Below the pieces are notes generated by a model. The model made no database searches and was not told the DNA's origin. It saw nothing but the letters and a program-made list of their open reading frames with translations. A stretch of DNA of 64,000 nt, taken from Candidatus Latescibacterota bacterium. Lineage in GTDB: Bacteria; Latescibacterota; UBA2968. Position numbers and translations under genes: made by a program. Each line of letters opens with the position of its first letter. The stretch's first letter is position 1. The DNA is taken from positions 1,376,001 through 1,440,000 of the forward strand of contig OZ220741.1 in the NCBI GenBank assembly GCA_965116885.1, in the 5' to 3' direction. This document shows, piece by piece, positions 18,942 to 28,716 of the stretch.

Positions 18942-21302
18942 ATGAAAATTGGATTGCGGTTCTGGATGGTTATCTGTTGTGCTTCTTGTATTGCGTTGCC
19001 TCTTCTTGCAGAAGAAGATGAAGCACCTCAACAAGACAAGGTCGTCCGCAATACGCTGTTTGCCCTGAGCCAGCGCCAGATTCAAGCGGGTGAAATCAAC
19101 GAGGCCATGGCGACCCTCCAACGCATTTTGAAACTCTTTCCCGAAGACGCCCATGTGTATTCTCAACTGGGTTATGTCTATCTCAAACGGAAAGAATACA
19201 AAGAAGCCGAAGGCGCCTTCAAAACAGCCAAAAAATTCGACAAAAGTCTCGTCGAAGCCTATGTCGGGCTTGGTCTTACGTATGCCGAAACACCCACGCG
19301 GGGTCTGCAATCTTATTACAATTTCTACAGAGCCATTCGCGAAGCCAAGCGCGCGACCAAACTCGATCCCAACTACGGTCCGGCCTATCGCTTGCTCGGC
19401 GAAGTCTATGAGCGATTTCAAGAAGACCACACCAGAGCCATGCAGTATTATCAGAAATACGTCGAACTCGAACCCGATAATCCCGAGAATCTTTATTCTT
19501 ACGGCTTAGCCTGTGTACAGGCCAAAGCATTTGACACCATTCTCGAACATATTGCTCCCTATCTCACAGCAAATCCCGATGTCGTTCATCTCTTGCCCAT
19601 TGTTGCGCAGGGCCATTTTTACAACGACGAGGCGCAAAAAGCCCTCGAACTCTTCGAGCGTTATCTCGCCAACATCAAAAGCAGTGAACGCGCACACTAC
19701 ACCGATATTGCCTACGTTGCCTCAGATACAGAACTCCAGGAATACCACGCCGCCACACCGGGACCCGAACAACAGGCATATCGCGAGCAATTCTGGGCAC
19801 GGCGCGATCCCGATATCCTCACCAAGCTCAACGAGCGCGTCATCGAACACTACCGTCGCACCTGGTATGCGCGCACCTATTTTTCGTCCAATGTCTATCC
19901 CTGGGATGAACGGGGTGCTGTTTATATCCGATATGGCGAACCCGACTACCGCTCGCGCTCCAATGATCGCAACTTTGTCCAGACCGCCGAAGTAGAGCGC
20001 GTGCGTACGCAGATGGCCGTTGACATCTACGGTCCTGAAGCGGCCAACTACACCTTCACAGGTCCCGTTTTCCCCATTCGCACCAGCCTCGACATAAGTT
20101 TTATTGAGGGCAATCCATTTGAACGCAATCCACTTGAACGCGATGACACCAGCGAAAGCGTCTTCGATGAGCAGGGACAACTCAATGTCCGCTTGAAATT
20201 TGGCCGCTTTTCGCCTGTCACCATTGGCAGTGAAATCGATACTGTACCCTGGGAAACCTGGACCTATATTCAGCTCAATGGGGGCATAGAGATTACATTC
20301 ACCGACGAAATGGGCAATGGACGCTATGACTTTGCCCCACTGCCCGACGCCACAGGCATTGCAGATCCCGACGCCATTGCTTATCTCGCCCGCATGACCG
20401 AACACATGCCCGCAGTCATCTATCAGCAAGCCGTATCGACTTCGCCCGACTTTTATCGCTCTGGTCTTCCCGGCGATATACTCAATTTCTACTATGACCT
20501 GGCGCACTTCCGCGGACCCGATGGTCAAACCAGTCTCGAGATCTACTACGGCATCCCGCCCGAGCAGGTCGAAATTGAGCAAGAAGTCGATTCGAGTTTC
20601 ATACACGTACAATTGGCCGTTGCGCTGGCAAATGAAGGTCACACATCTATCTATCGCACAACCGATGCGTTCGCGTATCGCGGCGCACAAGTACCCAGCA
20701 CAATTGAACAGGGGTCTTTTGTGCCTGAAATCATCAAAACACAGGTGCCGCCTGGCAAATACGAACTTCAAGTGCAAATGAAAGACCTCATCTCTGGACG
20801 CACCGGTCTCTACCGACAAGAACTCGAAGTCAGAGACTATCAGATCCCAGAACTCCAGGTCAGCGAAATTCAACTGGCTTCGAACATTGCAGAAGAAGGC
20901 GCGACAAAATTCCAAAAAGAAGACGTGTGGATCATTCCCATGCCCACGCGCAGTTATGCCATAACGCAAAATGTCTATGCCTACTTTGAAATCTACAATC
21001 TGACCAAAGACACCTTTGGACAAACCCGTTACAAAACCGAATACCGCATTCGCTCCAGTGTCATGCCCGCCGTTGGCCTATTTGGCGCAGCGACCGCGGG
21101 ATTGCGCACCATTTTTAGAACTCGCAAACCCCAGGTGGCCATCACCAACGAACTCACGGAACGGGATGCCGACGAGCGCGAATACGTCGAAATCGTACTC
21201 AACAAAGTCAGACCCGGTGTCAACGCACTCGAAATCGTCGTAACCGACCTGGTCAGTGGCAAGAGCGTCGAACGCGAAGTGCGCTTCCGATATGGGAATT
21301 AA
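18942..21302 (+). CDS. Exported TPR + GWxTD-domain protein
   Basis: Signal peptide, several TPRs, FW..RDP...T..NE...EHY.R, WDERG.VYIRYGEPD (GWxTD variant), Ig-like C-terminus. Confidence 0.85.
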   Translation: MKIGLRFWMVICCASCIALPLLAEEDEAPQQDKVVRNTLFALSQRQIQAGEINEAMATLQRILKLFPEDAHVYSQLGYVYLKRKEYKEAEGAFKTAKKFDKSLVEAYVGLGLTYAETPTRGLQSYYNFYRAIREAKRATKLDPNYGPAYRLLGEVYERFQEDHTRAMQYYQKYVELEPDNPENLYSYGLACVQAKAFDTILEHIAPYLTANPDVVHLLPIVAQGHFYNDEAQKALELFERYLANIKSSERAHYTDIAYVASDTELQEYHAATPGPEQQAYREQFWARRDPDILTKLNERVIEHYRRTWYARTYFSSNVYPWDERGAVYIRYGEPDYRSRSNDRNFVQTAEVERVRTQMAVDIYGPEAANYTFTGPVFPIRTSLDISFIEGNPFERNPLERDDTSESVFDEQGQLNVRLKFGRFSPVTIGSEIDTVPWETWTYIQLNGGIEITFTDEMGNGRYDFAPLPDATGIADPDAIAYLARMTEHMPAVIYQQAVSTSPDFYRSGLPGDILNFYYDLAHFRGPDGQTSLEIYYGIPPEQVEIEQEVDSSFIHVQLAVALANEGHTSIYRTTDAFAYRGAQVPSTIEQGSFVPEIIKTQVPPGKYELQVQMKDLISGRTGLYRQELEVRDYQIPELQVSEIQLASNIAEEGATKFQKEDVWIIPMPTRSYAITQNVYAYFEIYNLTKDTFGQTRYKTEYRIRSSVMPAVGLFGAATAGLRTIFRTRKPQVAITNELTERDADEREYVEIVLNKVRPGVNALEIVVTDLVSGKSVEREVRFRYGN

Positions 21303-21340
21303 ATGGTTGAAAAAATAACTCTAACATCGGCGTTACGATT

Positions 21341-21376
21341 AAGCGCGTCCATTGAGAAATGGGCGCGTTTTGTTTT
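21341..21376 (+). terminator. Intrinsic terminator
   Basis: GCGCGTCCATT-GAGA-AATGGGCGCGT followed by TTTGTTTT. Confidence 0.7.
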
Positions 21377-21503
21377 ACATAGCTTAACAAAGTCTTACAA
21401 TTTTAGTACAGAAAATGGGGAACGAGAGGACCCGTGGGTGAATCTAAAAAATGTCAGAAGGGAGGTTTTTTAAACTGTCCTTGGGAGGGGAATAGGAGAG
21501 ATC

Positions 21504-23954
21504 ATGAAGAGGATTGTGCAGTTGTTTTTGTGCGTTGTATGTCTTGCCATCAGTACACAGGCGTATGGTCAGGGGGCGGTGCGGGGGACTGTCCGCGATG
21601 CTTCCAATGGCGAGACTTTGCCGAATGCCAATGTTGTGATTGACAGTTTGCACATTGGTGTGGCGACGGATAAGGCCGGTTATTTTGTGATTGGGAATCT
21701 GTCGCCGGGTTTGCACAGGGTTTCGGCGAGTTATATCGGCTATGCGAGCCGGTCTGTTCAGGTTGTGGTTATACGGGGCGAGACGGCGCGGATTGTGATT
21801 GAGTTGGAACCTGCGGAGTTGATAGGGGAGGAGATTGAGGCCATAGGCGAGCGCGTGGCGCCGACTGAGGTGACGCCTGTGAGTGCGTTTGGCACGCGGG
21901 TGACGGAACTGGCGCGTATTCCGACGGTGGGACAGCCCGATTTGATGCGCGGTATTCAATTGCTTCCAGGCGTGCAGGCCGCGAGTGAAAATTCCGCGGG
22001 TTTGTATGTGCGCGGGGGCACGCCGGGGCAAAATTTGATTCTGCTTGATGATGTGGTGGTTTATAATCCGAATCATTTGTTCGGGTTTTTTAGCACGTTT
22101 AATCCCGATGCATTGAAGGATGTCACACTGATTAAGGGGACGTTTCCCGCGCGGTATGGCGACCGCCTGTCGAGTGTGTTGGATATTACAAATTTGGATG
22201 GCAACAGGAAGTCTTTTGATGCGCGGGCGTCCATGGATTTGATCAGTGCGGGGTTGACGGTTGGCGGGCCAGTGGGCGATCGCGGTTCGTGGATGTTTTC
22301 GGGGCGGCGCACGTATCAAGAGGTTTTGAATTCGCCTCTGTTTGATCATATCGTGGATGAAATGTTCAGTACGCGCATTGGCACAATTGGCGCGGTTCCG
22401 GGTGCTGGCGGTGGACCGGGGGGATTTGGGGGCGGTGGCTTTGGACGGCAAGGCGGGGGACGGTTTGGGCAGGCGCGGTTCAATTTTCAGCAGCAGACGA
22501 GCGATTTTGGGCAGGATTATGGGTTCTACGATACGAATTTCAAGCTGAATTTGGATGTGTCTGACAATGACCGGGTTTCGGTGAGTGGATATATGGGCAA
22601 TGATGCGCTGAATCTGTCGCTGCCGTCTTTTCGAGAGCAGACGCGCGATCAGCTCATGGATTGGGGCAATCGGATTGCGCGGTTTAAGTGGTTGCATATT
22701 TACACGGATAATTTGATTGGCAATGTGCAGGTTTCGGCGAGTCGATACTTGTCCAATTTTGATGTTGCGACCAATCAAAACGAGGCTGCCAATAGTGATC
22801 AGGCAGGGCAAGGTGGAGGTGGGCGGCGCGGTTTTGCGTTGAATCGCAATAATGAGTTGAACGATTTGACCGCCAAGTTGACGTTTGATCTTTATTCGGG
22901 TCCTTTTCACACGACGCGCGTGGGTGCGCAGTTTACATCGTATGACGCTTTTTACAAGCAGGGCGTGGGAGATTCGACCCGGTCACAGATTAATACGTCG
23001 TCTTTTTATCAGACGGGTTTTCTCGAGCATACGATGCGTTGGGGGCGTCTGGAGTTGACGCCTGGGCTGCGCGTGAGTCATTTTCAAAGTGGCAATTATA
23101 CCCGATGGTCTCCGCGCGTGGCGGGTTTGTTTCAATTGGATGACAGGATCGCATTTAAGGGCGGTTGGGGCATTTATCACCAGTTTGTCAATTTGATTTC
23201 GATAGAGGCCAATACTTATACGACGGATATGTGGCTGCCGGTGGATGAGACTTTGACGCCGGGGAAAGCTGTTCACAATGCGTTTGGCCTTATGTTGACG
23301 CCGGGTGAAAGCTGGCAGGTTGATCTGGAGTTTTATCACAAGGATATGGATGATCTGGTGGAGTTTCAGTCTCAGGTTCGTCTGAGCGATTCGACCCCGC
23401 TGTCTGATTTGTTCGCCACTGGTTCGGGAAGATCTTATGGTGGCGAGTTTTTGCTTCGCAAGACTGAGGGGGGTTTGAAGGGTTGGATTGGCTATACGTT
23501 GAGTAAGACAGAGCATACTTTTGCCGCTTTGAATCAGGGCAATCCGTTTCCGCCAAAGTACGACCGGCGACACGATGTTTCTGTTGTGACGGATTATTAT
23601 CTGGGCAGGGGCTGGAATCTGAATGCCAACTGGGTTTATGGCACGGGGCAGGCATATACGCTTCCCGAGGCGCGTTATGAGGTGCAGCAGCCGACGGGGC
23701 AGTCCATTCCCTATGTGCATGTGTCGGAGAAGAATGCCTATCAGTTGCCGGCTTATCACCGTATGGATCTGGGTATTACGCGCGATTTCAGGTGGGGTGG
23801 CGTTGGTGGGCAGATAGTGTTCAGTGTGTTCAATGTCTATAATCGGCGCAATGTGTGGTATCGCTCGTTTGATGCGACTGAGCCGGAGATTCAGGTGCAG
23901 GATGTGCTTCTGCAGCCGATTTTGCCGAGTGTTGGTTTTCGTTTTAATATGTGA
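21504..23954 (+). CDS. TonB-dependent receptor with CarboxypepD_reg-like N-terminal domain
   Basis: Signal peptide, LLPGV, YVRGG..QNL, FPARYG.RLSSVLDI, LPAYHRMDL, C-terminal aromatic strand. Confidence 0.93.
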   Translation: MKRIVQLFLCVVCLAISTQAYGQGAVRGTVRDASNGETLPNANVVIDSLHIGVATDKAGYFVIGNLSPGLHRVSASYIGYASRSVQVVVIRGETARIVIELEPAELIGEEIEAIGERVAPTEVTPVSAFGTRVTELARIPTVGQPDLMRGIQLLPGVQAASENSAGLYVRGGTPGQNLILLDDVVVYNPNHLFGFFSTFNPDALKDVTLIKGTFPARYGDRLSSVLDITNLDGNRKSFDARASMDLISAGLTVGGPVGDRGSWMFSGRRTYQEVLNSPLFDHIVDEMFSTRIGTIGAVPGAGGGPGGFGGGGFGRQGGGRFGQARFNFQQQTSDFGQDYGFYDTNFKLNLDVSDNDRVSVSGYMGNDALNLSLPSFREQTRDQLMDWGNRIARFKWLHIYTDNLIGNVQVSASRYLSNFDVATNQNEAANSDQAGQGGGGRRGFALNRNNELNDLTAKLTFDLYSGPFHTTRVGAQFTSYDAFYKQGVGDSTRSQINTSSFYQTGFLEHTMRWGRLELTPGLRVSHFQSGNYTRWSPRVAGLFQLDDRIAFKGGWGIYHQFVNLISIEANTYTTDMWLPVDETLTPGKAVHNAFGLMLTPGESWQVDLEFYHKDMDDLVEFQSQVRLSDSTPLSDLFATGSGRSYGGEFLLRKTEGGLKGWIGYTLSKTEHTFAALNQGNPFPPKYDRRHDVSVVTDYYLGRGWNLNANWVYGTGQAYTLPEARYEVQQPTGQSIPYVHVSEKNAYQLPAYHRMDLGITRDFRWGGVGGQIVFSVFNVYNRRNVWYRSFDATEPEIQVQDVLLQPILPSVGFRFNM

Positions 23955-24007
23955 TCCGCAGAAAAAAACGCGAGTAATTTGAGCGTTTTTCGCAGATGGA
24001 CGCAGAT
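23950..24007. repeat. CGCAGAT-family interspersed repeat
   Basis: Near-identical to 16643-16690; its TGA is the stop codon of the receptor gene. Confidence 0.8.
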
Positions 24008-24090
24008 AAAACATAGGGTGAAAATCATTCGTCTGATTGTAGGGGCAACCCGTTACCCGTTATTGCGATATTAATGCAGAGGAGTGTGTG

Positions 24091-24921
24091 ATGAAAAACA
24101 TACAGTGGTTATTTTGTTTCGTTCTCTGTCTTGGTGCAGGAGGGTGTAGTACGGCACCGACTGAGTCTTTGGGGGAGTTTCGAGAGACGGTTTATGTCGA
24201 GGGTTTTTTGCGGGCGGGGAGTCCTGTGTCCGATTTGTTTGTGGGTACGACGATGCCGCTTTCCAGTGTGTATGATCGCGATGCGAGCGCGCTGTCCGAT
24301 GCGCTGGTGACGATTGAGGTGGATGGGGTGTCGTACGAGCTATCGCCTGTGGTGGGTAGGCCGGGTTATTACGAGCAATCGGATCTGATTGTTGAGTCTG
24401 GTAAGACCTATCATCTGTCTGTTACGACGGGATTGGGTACGGCGACGGCGCAGACGACGGTGCCGGTTGCACCGCAGGTTTCGGGTGCGTCTTCGTTGCT
24501 GATTGGCGGCGATGCGTATCGGGTTACATGGGAGGGGGAGACAGAGGGGGGGTATGTTACGACGCGCAAGTCTGTGGAACTGTTGGAGCAAATTCCGCTG
24601 GCGACTCAGTTTGGGAGATTTGGCGGGGGTTTTGGCGGCGCAGTGGATACTACGGGGCTGGGCGCGCTGCGGGATAGTATTGCCCGGGCAGATCAATGGC
24701 GTTTTTTGCAGGGGCGCTCGTTGTCCTTAAATCCGAGACAGTTTTCGTATTATGGTATATATTCATTTCTGGTCTATGCGCTGGATGAGAATTACGGCGA
24801 TTATTTGATTTCGAGCGCGCAAGATGAGGCGGCGTTGGATGAGCCGCAGTTTCATGTGAAGGGGGGTATTGGGTTATTCGCTTCTATGGCCGCGGATTCT
24901 GTGGTTTTTCGGGTGGAGTGA
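24091..24921 (+). CDS. DUF4249-like lipoprotein partner of the TonB receptor
   Basis: Lipobox AGGC, VEGFL, GKTYHLSV, C-terminal VKGGIGLFAS. Confidence 0.8.
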   Translation: MKNIQWLFCFVLCLGAGGCSTAPTESLGEFRETVYVEGFLRAGSPVSDLFVGTTMPLSSVYDRDASALSDALVTIEVDGVSYELSPVVGRPGYYEQSDLIVESGKTYHLSVTTGLGTATAQTTVPVAPQVSGASSLLIGGDAYRVTWEGETEGGYVTTRKSVELLEQIPLATQFGRFGGGFGGAVDTTGLGALRDSIARADQWRFLQGRSLSLNPRQFSYYGIYSFLVYALDENYGDYLISSAQDEAALDEPQFHVKGGIGLFASMAADSVVFRVE

Positions 24922-24938
24922 TTCAGCTTCCCTAATGC

Positions 24939-24968
24939 AAAAGCCGCTCGTTTGAGCGGCTTTTTTTG
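24939..24968. terminator. Bidirectional intrinsic terminator
   Basis: AAAAGCCGCTC-GTTT-GAGCGGCTTTTTTT between convergent genes. Confidence 0.88.
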
Positions 24969-24981
24969 TTCCTGATGGTGT

Positions 24982-25893
24982 TTAAGCTGTCTCTTCGGTC
25001 GGGTCGGGTGTTTGGTTTGTGTTTTGCTCGGCAAGGGCAGTCAGTCCACCAATAGCCCCCAGGTTCATCGATTCCAGGGCAGAACTCGGTACGATGACCA
25101 GAGACCCTTTTTCTTTTAGTCCTTCAAAGAGCATGTTCATGCCGCGCAGTTGCAGGGCGACGGGGTTATTGTGATAGTTTTCGCTGGCTTGAGAGAATTT
25201 TTCTGAGATTTCGGTTTCGGCTGTGCCCAGGATGATCCGGGCCTGGCGCTCTCTTTCTGCCTGGGCTTGCTTGCTCATGGCGTCTGCAAGGTCGGGTGGT
25301 ATAACAATGTCTTTGATGCCGACACTCTGACAGGTAATGCCCCAGGAACTGGTCGTTTCGTCGAGGGCCTGTTGCAATGCCTCGGCGATCTTTTCTCGAT
25401 TTTGCAGGAGATCTGCCAATTCGTGTTTGCCGATGATGTCGCGCAGACCAGTCCGGGAGACGAGTGAGACAGCGTATTCATATTCCTGAACTTCGAGGGC
25501 GGCTTTTTCAGCATCCCAAACGGTCCAATAGACGACGGCATCAACGTTGACCGGGACAGTGTCTTTCGTCAGGGTAGAGTCGGCTCTAATGTCGGTAACC
25601 CGGACTCGCTGGTCGATATATTTATCGACCCGGTCGATGATGGGTATGATGAGGAACCAACCCGGACCTTTTAATCCGATAAATTTTCCCATACGCAAGA
25701 CCACGGCTTTTTCCCACTGGTCAGAGATTTTCAATGTGGCGGCAATGAATAGCGTAGCAGCCAGTCCGATCAGGGCAATGGTTAAAGAAATCAGGTCCGT
25801 ATAGAACAGGATTGCGTTTGCCAGTGTGAGGACGAGGAAAATGAAGATCGAGACGAGATTGATATGCTTGTTCAGAGGAATTTTAGCGTTCAT
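24982..25893 (-). CDS. SPFH/band 7 (slipin/stomatin-like) membrane protein
   Basis: QWEKAVVLRMGK, LTKDTVPVNVDAV, MSKQAQAERERQAR, ALQLR. Confidence 0.92.
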   Translation of the reverse strand: MNAKIPLNKHINLVSIFIFLVLTLANAILFYTDLISLTIALIGLAATLFIAATLKISDQWEKAVVLRMGKFIGLKGPGWFLIIPIIDRVDKYIDQRVRVTDIRADSTLTKDTVPVNVDAVVYWTVWDAEKAALEVQEYEYAVSLVSRTGLRDIIGKHELADLLQNREKIAEALQQALDETTSSWGITCQSVGIKDIVIPPDLADAMSKQAQAERERQARIILGTAETEISEKFSQASENYHNNPVALQLRGMNMLFEGLKEKGSLVIVPSSALESMNLGAIGGLTALAEQNTNQTPDPTEETA

Positions 25894-26267
25894 GATTTGC
25901 TCCTTCGTCGTTGTTGTAGTTCTTTGATCAAGTCTGCAAGGTTGAATCCGTAAGCCGCGGCAATGCTCTGGAATTCGTTGCATATACCAGTCAGCTTTTT
26001 TTCCTTTTCGTTGTCGGGAATCTCTACTTTTACTGGCGCGATAAACGTTCCTGAACCCTGCTGGGTTTCCAGAATGTTTTTAATTTCCAGTTCCCGATAG
26101 GCTTTGCTGATGGTGTTGAGATTGACCTTGAGTTCTACGGCCAGAGCGCGAACGGTGGGCAATTGGTCTCCTACATTCAATTTGCCAGCAGCAATGCCAT
26201 AGCGAATCTGGTCAATGATCTGGCGATAGAAAGGGATACCGCTTCTGGGGTCTAATTCAAAATTCAT
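25890..26267 (-). CDS. GntR family regulator, YtrA subfamily
   Basis: 125 aa; P.Y.QI, GDQLPTVRALA, VNLNTISKAYRELE, GSGTFI; short C-terminus. Confidence 0.92.
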   Translation of the reverse strand: MNFELDPRSGIPFYRQIIDQIRYGIAAGKLNVGDQLPTVRALAVELKVNLNTISKAYRELEIKNILETQQGSGTFIAPVKVEIPDNEKEKKLTGICNEFQSIAAAYGFNLADLIKELQQRRRSKS

Positions 26268-26296
26268 CGACTATACCTCACTTATAGAATTGGTTT

Positions 26297-27874
26297 TTAT
26301 CCAGCTATCAGTTTTTCGATTATTGTCTTTATCTGGGGTAAGAACCTGGTCTCAACATAACCCATTTCCTCATATTGAATTTTGCCTTCCTTGTCTATTA
26401 TGAGTGTCGTTGGCGTATGCCGCATGTCAATCCTGCCTGCTATGTTTACTTCCTTTGTGTCGTAAAGCATCGGAAAGGAGATGTTCGCCTGTTCTGCAAT
26501 TTTTTGTATCGTAGATAAATAATCTTTGAAGATTCCCCTCCTGAACATGTCGTGGATGGCTATTACTTTGACGGGTGCATCGCTATATTCGCTATGGATT
26601 TTTTCTAACATCGACAGCTCTGGAATGCACGGCCCGCACCAGGATCCCCAGAAGTTTACAATGACGATCTGGCCCTTCAAATCGGCAAAGTTAATGGTTT
26701 CGCCTTCGATGGTTTGCAATGAAAAATCTGGAAAATCCCTGCCGATAATTGAGCGTGTATCTGCCTTGTTTTTTGAGGGAAGCCTCTGTTCGAGGCGCGT
26801 CGCAAATGCGCGATACCCTTCGTCTGTGCCATGCCGAAGGGTGTAAACGCGCTGAAGCATATTCCAGAGGTCGGTATCATAGGGATTTTTGACAAGTGCA
26901 TCTGAATATAATTGCAGTGCTTCCTCGTAATCGCGTTTGAGCGTTTTTACCATTCCCAGGTCTTTTAAGACGCCACCATCCCATTTATTTTTTACAAGTG
27001 TGTGATGCTCAGGAAGTTCCCCGAAGAGGGACAGCACTTTCTGAAATGCTATCTCTGCGTCATCGAGTTGCTCTGCGACGAGATAAGAATGTCCCAAAAC
27101 GCGATGGTAGTCGCAAAGCGCATGGTTGCGGTGCAGTAGGGGTATATCATCGGCGGAAGCGATTGCTTTTTTTGCGTATTTTAGGGCGGTAGAGGGGTAT
27201 AATTTCACATCACCGTAAGAGGACGGTATTTCCTGACCGTTCATGATCCTGGCGATAACTTTATAAACACTGGAACGGGGGACCCACTTTACCGCGCTGT
27301 CTATCTGAGCATGTACTCGCATACTATCCGCCACTTTCAGCAATGGTCCGCAAGAATAGAGAAATGCCGCACCGCGATTTTCATAACCTGTGTTTTCGAG
27401 CAGTGTTTCCCAGTGTTTTACTGAAGTTTCAGGATCAAATCTTATGCTTAGCCAGGCCTGATTCCATACTTGCTGAAGTTGTTCGTCTGAAGCTATTTGT
27501 CTGTCGGGAGTATGATGGGTAAAGCGTCTGGCTCTGCGCCTTTTCCTGTCATGGTTTAAAACAACGGAGATGGTATGGACTTCTTGCGGCCAATGGTTCT
27601 TATTGAGTTTGACTGTGTATTCCCCTGGGATATGAGGCTCATATACGGGGATGGCAATTACGCCGCCAACAGTGCCCGATATGCTCAGATTTACAAAAGA
27701 AGATTCGGGAACGGTGTAAGATATCGCGATGATAGAGTCTGTTGGCGAGGCCAAAACTTTCAAAGTGGGTCTGGATGGTGCGGGAGCTTTTGTTTCTTGA
27801 GCAAGGACCCGGGAGTTTTGGATGGACAGGAAGACAATGGCGATACATGAGATCAACAGATAGAAGCGTTTCAT
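26297..27874 (-). CDS. Exported TPR + TlpA/redoxin thiol-disulfide protein
   Basis: Signal peptide, TPR-like helices, VNFWGSWCGPC, PTTLIIDKEG. Confidence 0.85.
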   Translation of the reverse strand: MKRFYLLISCIAIVFLSIQNSRVLAQETKAPAPSRPTLKVLASPTDSIIAISYTVPESSFVNLSISGTVGGVIAIPVYEPHIPGEYTVKLNKNHWPQEVHTISVVLNHDRKRRRARRFTHHTPDRQIASDEQLQQVWNQAWLSIRFDPETSVKHWETLLENTGYENRGAAFLYSCGPLLKVADSMRVHAQIDSAVKWVPRSSVYKVIARIMNGQEIPSSYGDVKLYPSTALKYAKKAIASADDIPLLHRNHALCDYHRVLGHSYLVAEQLDDAEIAFQKVLSLFGELPEHHTLVKNKWDGGVLKDLGMVKTLKRDYEEALQLYSDALVKNPYDTDLWNMLQRVYTLRHGTDEGYRAFATRLEQRLPSKNKADTRSIIGRDFPDFSLQTIEGETINFADLKGQIVIVNFWGSWCGPCIPELSMLEKIHSEYSDAPVKVIAIHDMFRRGIFKDYLSTIQKIAEQANISFPMLYDTKEVNIAGRIDMRHTPTTLIIDKEGKIQYEEMGYVETRFLPQIKTIIEKLIAG

Positions 27875-27920
27875 GTTCGTCTCCTTTGTGTAAACGACGG
27901 GTAGTTTTTACACATTATAT

Positions 27921-27952
27921 TATTGTCATAGTAAAATATGACAATATGACAA
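27921..27952. promoter_or_regulatory. Probable YtrA-type operator
   Basis: Perfect inverted repeat TATTGTCATA-N6-TATGACAATA plus a tandem TATGACAA, next to minus-strand TTGACA at 27958-27963. Confidence 0.7.
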
Positions 27953-28056
27953 GCGGTTGTCAAGAGAAATCGCTGTTTCGATATTCAGATTCGAAGTAGA
28001 GAGGTCCTCGCGTTAGGGACGATTAATTCCTATCCGATAGTTTCACAATTATAGTA

Positions 28057-28085
28057 TTGACATTAATAACGCCACGCGTTATTAT
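28057..28085 (+). promoter_or_regulatory. higBA sigma-70 promoter with overlapping palindromic operator
   Basis: TTGACA-17bp-TATTAT; TAATAACGC-CAC-GCGTTATTA palindrome at 28064-28084. Confidence 0.85.
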
Positions 28086-28091
28086 GTGTAA

Positions 28092-28373
28092 ATGATAGAA
28101 TCATTCCGCGATAGAGAGGCCGAGAGGGTATTCCACCGTGAGAGATCGCGGAAATTCTCGGGAATATTGGCTCGCTCGGCGTTAAAAAAGCTCCTTCTGT
28201 TGGACGCAGCCGATTCGATACAGGACTTGCGGTCGCCGCCAGGTAATCGTTTGGAGAGACTCACAGGAGATCGCAGGGGCCAATATAGTATCCGCATAAA
28301 CGAACAATGGCGTCTTTGCTTTGAATGGAAGGCAGGACGTGCGACCAATGTGGAGATTGTCGATTACCATTAG
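28092..28373 (+). CDS. higB: HigB (RelE/ParE family) toxin
   Basis: MIESF, DLRSPPGNRLERL.GDR.GQYSIRINEQWRLCF, VEIVDYH. Confidence 0.95.
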   Translation: MIESFRDREAERVFHRERSRKFSGILARSALKKLLLLDAADSIQDLRSPPGNRLERLTGDRRGQYSIRINEQWRLCFEWKAGRATNVEIVDYH

Positions 28374-28382
28374 GAGGGATTT

Positions 28383-28682
28383 ATGCCTACAATGCCCCCA
28401 ATTCATCCGGGAGAGATCCTGCTTGAGGAATTTCTCGAGCCTCTGAGTATTAGCCAGTATCGTCTGGCAAAGGATATTTCCGTTCCCCCTCGCCGGATTA
28501 ACGAGATTGTTCACGGAAAGCGCGCTATCTCGGCAAACACTGCGCTTCGGTTGGCGCGCTACTTTGGGACCACAGAACAATTCTGGCTCAATCTGCAGAC
28601 GCGCTACAATTTGGAGTTGGAGAAAGATCGCCTCGGTGAGCGACTGGAGACGGAAGTGCGGGTTTTAGAGCGTCAGGTGTAA
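28383..28682 (+). CDS. higA: HigA antitoxin (HTH)
   Basis: PIHPGEILLEEFL, RINEIVHGKR, ALRLARYFGT, FWLNLQ. Confidence 0.95.
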   Translation: MPTMPPIHPGEILLEEFLEPLSISQYRLAKDISVPPRRINEIVHGKRAISANTALRLARYFGTTEQFWLNLQTRYNLELEKDRLGERLETEVRVLERQV

Positions 28683-28716
28683 AAAAAAAGAGTTGCGATA
28701 TTTCAATTCTTCGCCA

